A DNA stretch of 32,812 nt from contig JAICEV010000001.1 of the NCBI GenBank assembly GCA_025923975.1, forward strand, positions 1-32,812, read 5' to 3'. How positions within the stretch are numbered: position 1 is the stretch's first letter; each line of letters opens with the position of its first letter. The stretch is from Propionibacteriaceae bacterium. Lineage in GTDB: Bacteria; Actinomycetota; Actinomycetes; Propionibacteriales; Propionibacteriaceae. Position numbers and translations under genes: made by a program. Positions 27,644 through 32,812 of this stretch are shown piece by piece. The notes below the pieces were generated by a model. That model did no database searches. It worked only from the letters and a program-made list of their open reading frames with translations, and was not told the DNA's origin.

Positions 27644-28869
27644 AGAAGTCTTTCGGAGTTGCTCTAGGCATCCTGACGGCGATTGGCGGCTTCGTCGATA
27701 TCGGGGACCTGGTGACCAACGCGGTGGTGGGCTCGCGCTTCGGACTTTCGCTCGGTTGGGCCGTGGTCGTGGGTGTGATCGGCATTTGCGTTTTCGCGCA
27801 GATGGCGGGGCGGGTGGCGGCGGTGAGCGGCCGTGCGACATTCGAGCTAATCCGAGAACGTCTTGGGCCTCGAGTCGCGGTGCTTAACCTGAGTGCCTCC
27901 TTCATGATCAACTTGATGACGCTCACGGCTGAGATCGGCGGTGTGGCTTTGGCGCTCCAGTTAGTCAGCAGCGTTGACTACCTGCTGTGGGTGCCGTTCG
28001 CGGCGCTGGCGGTCTGGCTCGTCATCTGGCGGGTCAAGTTCTCGATCATGGAGAATGTCGCGGGTCTCGTCGGGCTTTTGCTGATCGGCTTCGCGGTCGG
28101 CCTCTTTCTGCTCAGCCCGGACTGGGGCGAGTTGGGACGGCAGGCCGTCCAAGGCGTCTCAACCGATACCGAGAAGGTCTCGACGTACTGGTTCTTCGCG
28201 GTCGCGCTGTTCGGTGCTGCGATGACCCCGTACGAGGTCTTCTTCTTTTCGTCTGGCGCTGTGGAGGAGGGTTGGACCGAAAAGGACCTAGCGCAATCGC
28301 GCGCCAATGTGCTGGTGGGATTTCCCCTTGGCGGGCTGCTCTCGTTGGCGATCGCCGGGTGTGCTGCGGTGGTCCTCTTGCCCCAGCTGATCTCGGTGAC
28401 GGCGCTGTCTCAGGTAATGCTGCCGGTCGCCATGGCTGGAGGAAAGCTATTGCTGGCAGTCATCATCCTTGGCATTGTCGCCGCCACGGCCGGGGCCGCG
28501 TTGGAGACTACGCTGTCTGCGGGCTACACCATCGCGCAGTTCCTTGGCTGGCCATGGGGCAAGTTCCGGCCACCGGCTCAGGCAGCGCGCTTTCACCTGT
28601 TGATGATCATTTGTTTGATCGTTGGCGTCGGCACGCTGCTGACTGGGGTCGATCCAATTCAGGTGACCGAGATCTCTGTGATCTTCTCAGCTGTGGCGCT
28701 GCCGCTTACCTACCTTCCGATCCTGATCGTCGCCAATGATCCGGAGTACATGGGTGAACATGTCAACGGACAAGCATTGAACGGCATCGCCCTGATCTAT
28801 CTGGTGATTATTCTCGCTGCGGCGATCGCCGCGATTCCGCTTTTGATCATCACTGGAGCCGGACAGTGA
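27640..28869 (+). CDS. NRAMP-superfamily (SLC11-like) cation transporter with non-canonical DIGD / AMTPYE motifs
   Basis: About 11 hydrophobic segments; GGFVDIGDLVTN, GSRFGLSLGW, MAGRVAAVSG, AEIGG, GAAMTPYE, ANDPEYMGEHVN. Confidence 0.88.
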   Translation: MKKSFGVALGILTAIGGFVDIGDLVTNAVVGSRFGLSLGWAVVVGVIGICVFAQMAGRVAAVSGRATFELIRERLGPRVAVLNLSASFMINLMTLTAEIGGVALALQLVSSVDYLLWVPFAALAVWLVIWRVKFSIMENVAGLVGLLLIGFAVGLFLLSPDWGELGRQAVQGVSTDTEKVSTYWFFAVALFGAAMTPYEVFFFSSGAVEEGWTEKDLAQSRANVLVGFPLGGLLSLAIAGCAAVVLLPQLISVTALSQVMLPVAMAGGKLLLAVIILGIVAATAGAALETTLSAGYTIAQFLGWPWGKFRPPAQAARFHLLMIICLIVGVGTLLTGVDPIQVTEISVIFSAVALPLTYLPILIVANDPEYMGEHVNGQALNGIALIYLVIILAAAIAAIPLLIITGAGQ

Positions 28870-29303
28870 CTCCCGGTACCGATGATCGGCCTGGTCGGTG
28901 GCTGGACGCCCAGCTGCACCTCCTCGACCGGCAGGTTCTCGACGTGGACGACGTTCCGGTGGCAGTAGTGGACGATCTTGAGCTTTCCGAGGTCCCATTT
29001 GATCAGGAGATTTCAATCGACACTCCGCCCCCGGTCATTACCGCGCTGCTCAGCGGAGCCGCGATTGCCACCCGAATCTTCGGCGGCCGCCCACCCGAGT
29101 CGCGAATGCAGCGTACGCCGTGGGCGGCCGTCGTCGACATCGGCGTAGTGATCAAGTTAGCTGTTGGCCGTGACACCCTCGATCTCGCCTGGACCGAGCG
29201 GTGGGTTCGGGACCGGATCATCGGACGCATCCCGGGAGGCCGTCATATTCCTGGGCGGAAGCGGAGCGAGCATTCCGGAAGCGACGAGCGAGGCGGATCA
29301 TGA
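28866..29303 (+). CDS. PRC-barrel-like hypothetical protein
   Basis: LHLLDRQVLDVDDVPVAVVDDLEL...PWAAVVDIGVVIKL...ERWVRDRIIGRIPG; GTGA overlap with the NRAMP gene. Confidence 0.75.
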   Translation: MTPGTDDRPGRWLDAQLHLLDRQVLDVDDVPVAVVDDLELSEVPFDQEISIDTPPPVITALLSGAAIATRIFGGRPPESRMQRTPWAAVVDIGVVIKLAVGRDTLDLAWTERWVRDRIIGRIPGGRHIPGRKRSEHSGSDERGGS

Positions 29304-29620
29304 TCATCACCGATCTGCTCGGCTCGCGTGTGTTCGGCCCGGACTTCCTGGGGTTTGTGAGTGACGTCCGGTTCTTCCTCGAGTCGGAAACCGAAGGCCA
29401 ATCGGCCCGGCTGTATGGCATTCTCATCAGCCCACATGCGCGTTCATCCTCGCTTGGCTTCGAACGCTCAGGTGTACGATCACCCTGGCCGATCGCGGCA
29501 CTGGTACGGTGGCGGCACCGCGGCTCGTTTCTGGTCCGATGGAGCGACATTGAGCGGCTCGAAGTAGGTCGGATCCAGCTCAGGCCGGGATTTGAACGGG
29601 CGTCACCGGAGCTTCCTTGA
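29300..29620 (+). CDS. PRC-barrel-like hypothetical protein
   Basis: MIITDLLGSRV..LGFVSDVRF...LGFER..PWPI...FLVRWSDI; ATGA overlap with the previous gene. Confidence 0.75.
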   Translation: MIITDLLGSRVFGPDFLGFVSDVRFFLESETEGQSARLYGILISPHARSSSLGFERSGVRSPWPIAALVRWRHRGSFLVRWSDIERLEVGRIQLRPGFERASPELP

Positions 29621-29672
29621 TCACCAAGTTGTGATGCCTGCTCTGCACAGCTTGCTGACGCGTGACACATGT

Positions 29673-29685
29673 TGCAACGTATGCA
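29673..29685. promoter_or_regulatory. Possible LacI-family operator TGCAACGTATGCA upstream of the second GH3 gene
   Basis: Near-palindrome with a central CG resembling TGNAA-CG-TTNCA; no LacI gene lies in the window. Confidence 0.35.
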
Positions 29686-29749
29686 GAGCGACCGGAACCA
29701 ACGTGCAGTTAGTTTCTGCGAGAAGGGCCGCGAAACAAAGGAGAGCCGC

Positions 29750-32209
29750 ATGCCTCAAGGCAATGAAGCCTCAGCCAATGCGATCGACGATGTGATTGCC
29801 GAGGCGGTCCGCGAGTTGGATCTTGCAGCCAAAGTGCAGTTGCTCACCGGTGCCGCGGCCTTCTCTCTGCATGGCAATGAAGCCCTCGGGCTCCGTCCCA
29901 TGATCTTCAGCGACGGCCCGACCGGAGTCCGGGGCAGCGAATTCGTTGGAGGCAAGAAGGTCGCGTTGTTCCCCAATGCAACGCTGCTCGCGCAGGCATG
30001 GGACGAGGTTGCCGCAGAGGGGGTCGGCGAGATGCTTGCCGGCGAAGGCCATGCCCAAAATGTCGACGTGGTCCTCGGTCCCACGGTCAACCTGCATCGC
30101 TCTCCGCTCGGTGGCCGGTTGTTTGAGGCGTACGCCGAGGACCCAATGCTGAGTGGTCGGTTGGCCGCTGCCTATATCCGGGGGGTCCAGCGCTATGGAG
30201 TCGGAGCCTGCGTCAAGCACTACGTCGCCAATGAATCGGAGACCCAGCGGCGTACTGTGAACGCCCGGGTTTCGGAAGCGGCGCTGCGCGAGCTCTACCT
30301 GCTGCCGTTCGAGATTTGCGTGGCCGACTCGCATCCCTGGACCATCATGGCCGCCTACAACGACGTCAACGGCGTCGCCGCGACCGAGCACGACGACCTG
30401 AACAATGGCGTCCTCAAGTCCGAATGGGGCTGGGACGGTCTGCTGATGTCGGACTGGGGAGCGACGAAGTCTGCCGCGCCGGCTGCGAACGGTGGACTTG
30501 ATCTTGTCATGCCGGGGCCACGTGGACCGTGGGGTGATCAGCTAGTGGCCGCCGTGCGGTCGGGCGACGTGGCAGAGGCGACGATCGATGATCATCTGGC
30601 GCGGCTGCTCAGGTTGGCCGGACGAGTCGGCGCGCTAGGTGGCATCGCAGCCGAGGCTACGGCCGAGCTGGGATCTGTGGTCGCCGCCGACTCAACTGCG
30701 ATGAAGCTCAGCCTCCGAAACCTGGCATCGGCCGGGATGGTGCTGCTCAAGGGCCAGGACGTCCTCCCGCTTCAGGATTCGGAGATCACCGACGACTCAC
30801 CGCTGGTGCTGATCGGACGACACGCGTTGGAGACGACGCTCCAGGGTGGAGGCTCCGCCTCGGTGCGGCCGCCGCATCAGATATCCATCGCCGAGGGCCT
30901 GACGGAAGCAATCGGCGAGGGTCGGGTACGGGCCTTGGATGGCGTCGCAGTACGCCACAACCCGACTGCCGCTGCGCCAGAATCGATCATCGATCCGCAG
31001 ACCGGACGGCCCGGCATGCGGGTCACCAGCTTCGACAGCTCCGGCGTCGAGCAGGCGTCCACCACAAGTGAGGTAGCCGAGCTTCTGCTCGGCCTGTCGA
31101 GTGGACCGCATCAAGGAGCAAGCGTCCTCGAGCTATCCGCAGAGCTGGTCGCCGCTCCCGGCACGCAGATGTTGGTCGGCGTACGCGGGGTCGGCGAGTG
31201 GACGCTGAGCTACGGCGACGAGACGTATGCCTTTGCCACCACCCTGCTGCCTGGCGACTCCAGGGAGGTGGGCTTCATGGTGCCGCCGAGCTGGAATCAT
31301 GTGGTTGAGACGGCGCCGGGCCGGATCCTGGTAGCCAGGTTGGTGATCTCCGAGCGGATCGCGCTGGCAGGACTGGTAGTCCAGCCCGTCCCTACCCCTG
31401 ATGAGCAGTTGATCGCGGAGGCCGAGCGGGCAGCGAGCGACGCGGAGCCGGCGATTGTGGTTGTCGGTCTGACGGCCGAGCAGGAGACCGAGGCGATCGA
31501 TAAGCGGACGCTGGCACTGCCGGGCCGCCAAGATGATCTTGTTCGGGCGGTCGCGGCTGCCGCACGGCGCACCGTGGTGGTGATCAACTCTGCGACTCCG
31601 GTTCTCATGCCGTGGCTGGAGGAGGTAGATGCCGTGCTGTGCGTCGGCCTGCCCGGGCAGGAAGGCGGTCACGCAGTCGCTGACGCTTTGCTGGGCAAGG
31701 TCGAACCCACCGGCCGCCTGGTCACGACTTTTCCGGGAGCAGATGGCGACGGCCCGGCCTGGAATGTCACGCCGCAGGATGGAACGTTGGACTATGCCGA
31801 GGGCACGCGGGTGGGCTATCGCGGTTGGTACGGATCGGACGTCGAGCCCGCCTTCTGGTTTGGCGCTGGCCTCGGCTGGGGAGTCTGGGACTACCGCTCG
31901 GCCAAGCCGGAACGCAGCAATGACGGTGAGTCGCTGACGGTGGTCCTCGCCAACACTGCCGACCGCCCCTCACGTGAGGTGGTTCAGGTCTATTGGCAAC
32001 CGGAGGGCTCCGCACCCGTACGCCTCGTCGGCTATGCGATTGCTGACGAGATGCTTCCCGGCGAGGAACGCATCGTCGCGGTCGCGTGCGACCCGCGCGC
32101 GTTCCGGCTATGGGACGAGGCGGCCTCCGGCTGGACGATGCCGCCCGGCGGCACCTTCCTCGTCGCCCGCGGTCTCGGCGACATCCGACTGGAGTTGCCC
32201 CGCGCCTGA
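29750..32209 (+). CDS. GH3 beta-glucosidase (second paralog)
   Basis: SDGPTGVRG, GGRLFEAYAEDP, KHYVANESET, MSDW, ETEAIDK, FWFGAGLG; AAAGGAG RBS before ATG 29750. Confidence 0.92.
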   Translation: MPQGNEASANAIDDVIAEAVRELDLAAKVQLLTGAAAFSLHGNEALGLRPMIFSDGPTGVRGSEFVGGKKVALFPNATLLAQAWDEVAAEGVGEMLAGEGHAQNVDVVLGPTVNLHRSPLGGRLFEAYAEDPMLSGRLAAAYIRGVQRYGVGACVKHYVANESETQRRTVNARVSEAALRELYLLPFEICVADSHPWTIMAAYNDVNGVAATEHDDLNNGVLKSEWGWDGLLMSDWGATKSAAPAANGGLDLVMPGPRGPWGDQLVAAVRSGDVAEATIDDHLARLLRLAGRVGALGGIAAEATAELGSVVAADSTAMKLSLRNLASAGMVLLKGQDVLPLQDSEITDDSPLVLIGRHALETTLQGGGSASVRPPHQISIAEGLTEAIGEGRVRALDGVAVRHNPTAAAPESIIDPQTGRPGMRVTSFDSSGVEQASTTSEVAELLLGLSSGPHQGASVLELSAELVAAPGTQMLVGVRGVGEWTLSYGDETYAFATTLLPGDSREVGFMVPPSWNHVVETAPGRILVARLVISERIALAGLVVQPVPTPDEQLIAEAERAASDAEPAIVVVGLTAEQETEAIDKRTLALPGRQDDLVRAVAAAARRTVVVINSATPVLMPWLEEVDAVLCVGLPGQEGGHAVADALLGKVEPTGRLVTTFPGADGDGPAWNVTPQDGTLDYAEGTRVGYRGWYGSDVEPAFWFGAGLGWGVWDYRSAKPERSNDGESLTVVLANTADRPSREVVQVYWQPEGSAPVRLVGYAIADEMLPGEERIVAVACDPRAFRLWDEAASGWTMPPGGTFLVARGLGDIRLELPRA

Positions 32210-32215
32210 CGCGAC

Positions 32216-32812
32216 CTAATGAAGCGTGGTTGCTCGCGGCTCCAGCGGCAGCACAAGCCGGAACATCGCGCCAATCCCGCGGGGATCCTCACAGCTGAGA
32301 TCACCGCCGTGTGCCCGGGCGTAGCCGCGAGCGATCGCCAGGCCGAGGCCGGATCCGCCAGTATCTCCTGCCCGACCATGATCAAGCCGTACCAGGCGCT
32401 CGAAGATCCGCTCGCGTTCCGACGGTGGTACACCGGGCCCTGAATCCCAGATCTCAGCGATCGCAAGTTGATCATGTTCGCGTACTACTACGTGCACCTT
32501 GCCCTGCGGTCCGGCCGCGCGTACTGCGTTGTCGATCACGTTGCGCAGGATGCTGCTGACTTTGGCAGCGTCGGCGCGGGCTATCACCTCTGGTCCGCTC
32601 GTGGTCACGACGGTCTCCGGGTGAAGCAGTCGGACCCGATCAATTTCGCTGCGCGCCAGGGTCCGAAGGGATACCGGAGCAAGATCAAGATCGATCCCGG
32701 CATCCAGCCGTGCGGCGGCAAGCAGGTCCGAGATGAGGGCACCGGCTCGTTCCGCCTCGCGTACCAGCAAGGCCTGCAGATGCTGGCGCTCGTCATGGCT
32801 CAGTTGATCATC
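32216..32812 (-). CDS. Sensor histidine kinase, C-terminal part (5' end outside the window)
   Basis: End of HisKA (LISDLLAAARLD), N box NVIDNA, G1 DSGPGV, F box IFERL, G2 GGSGLGLAI; the frame stays open to the window edge. Confidence 0.93.
   Translation of the reverse strand, partial: DDQLSHDERQHLQALLVREAERAGALISDLLAAARLDAGIDLDLAPVSLRTLARSEIDRVRLLHPETVVTTSGPEVIARADAAKVSSILRNVIDNAVRAAGPQGKVHVVVREHDQLAIAEIWDSGPGVPPSERERIFERLVRLDHGRAGDTGGSGLGLAIARGYARAHGGDLSCEDPRGIGAMFRLVLPLEPRATTLH

Noticed and set aside
1-32812. Prophage, integrase, transposase, defence island, rRNA or tRNA
   Set aside because: No such motifs were recognised, and no obvious compositional shift is visible by eye.

Overview
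High-GC actinobacterial chromosomal segment (gene content suggests a soil Propionibacteriales/Microlunatus-like organism; this is an inference) with about 31 CDS and no rRNA, tRNA, CRISPR array or intact transposase that I can see. In order: a truncated lipoprotein absent from the ORF track; a VOC-like/degenerate MazG-like fusion; a P. stutzeri-type trehalose synthase; a SigL/RslA-like ECF sigma/anti-sigma pair with its own promoter motif; a GH3 beta-glucosidase divergent from a YihS-like AGE isomerase; a DNA-repair cluster (HTH_42/AlkZ-like glycosylase behind a RecA-NDp/PafBC-like promoter, YdeI/OmpD-associated protein, ligD, ku); a small membrane protein; a DAG-kinase-family protein; a GH36 homolog with apparently destroyed catalytic motifs; a coiled-coil hypothetical; panC and panB; Lrp-ddaH-rocD; a methyltransferase; a TagD-like cytidylyltransferase; TetR; a tightly coupled DUF6328 / Rho-N / lipoprotein / atypical NRAMP / 2x PRC-barrel-like operon; a second GH3; and a truncated histidine kinase. 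The best candidates for novelty are the atypical NRAMP operon, the GH36 pseudoenzyme, the VOC-MazG fusion, the AlkZ-NHEJ linkage and a dispersed GACTTGTCAG-ended palindromic element present twice. All family calls come from motif recognition by eye, with no database searches.
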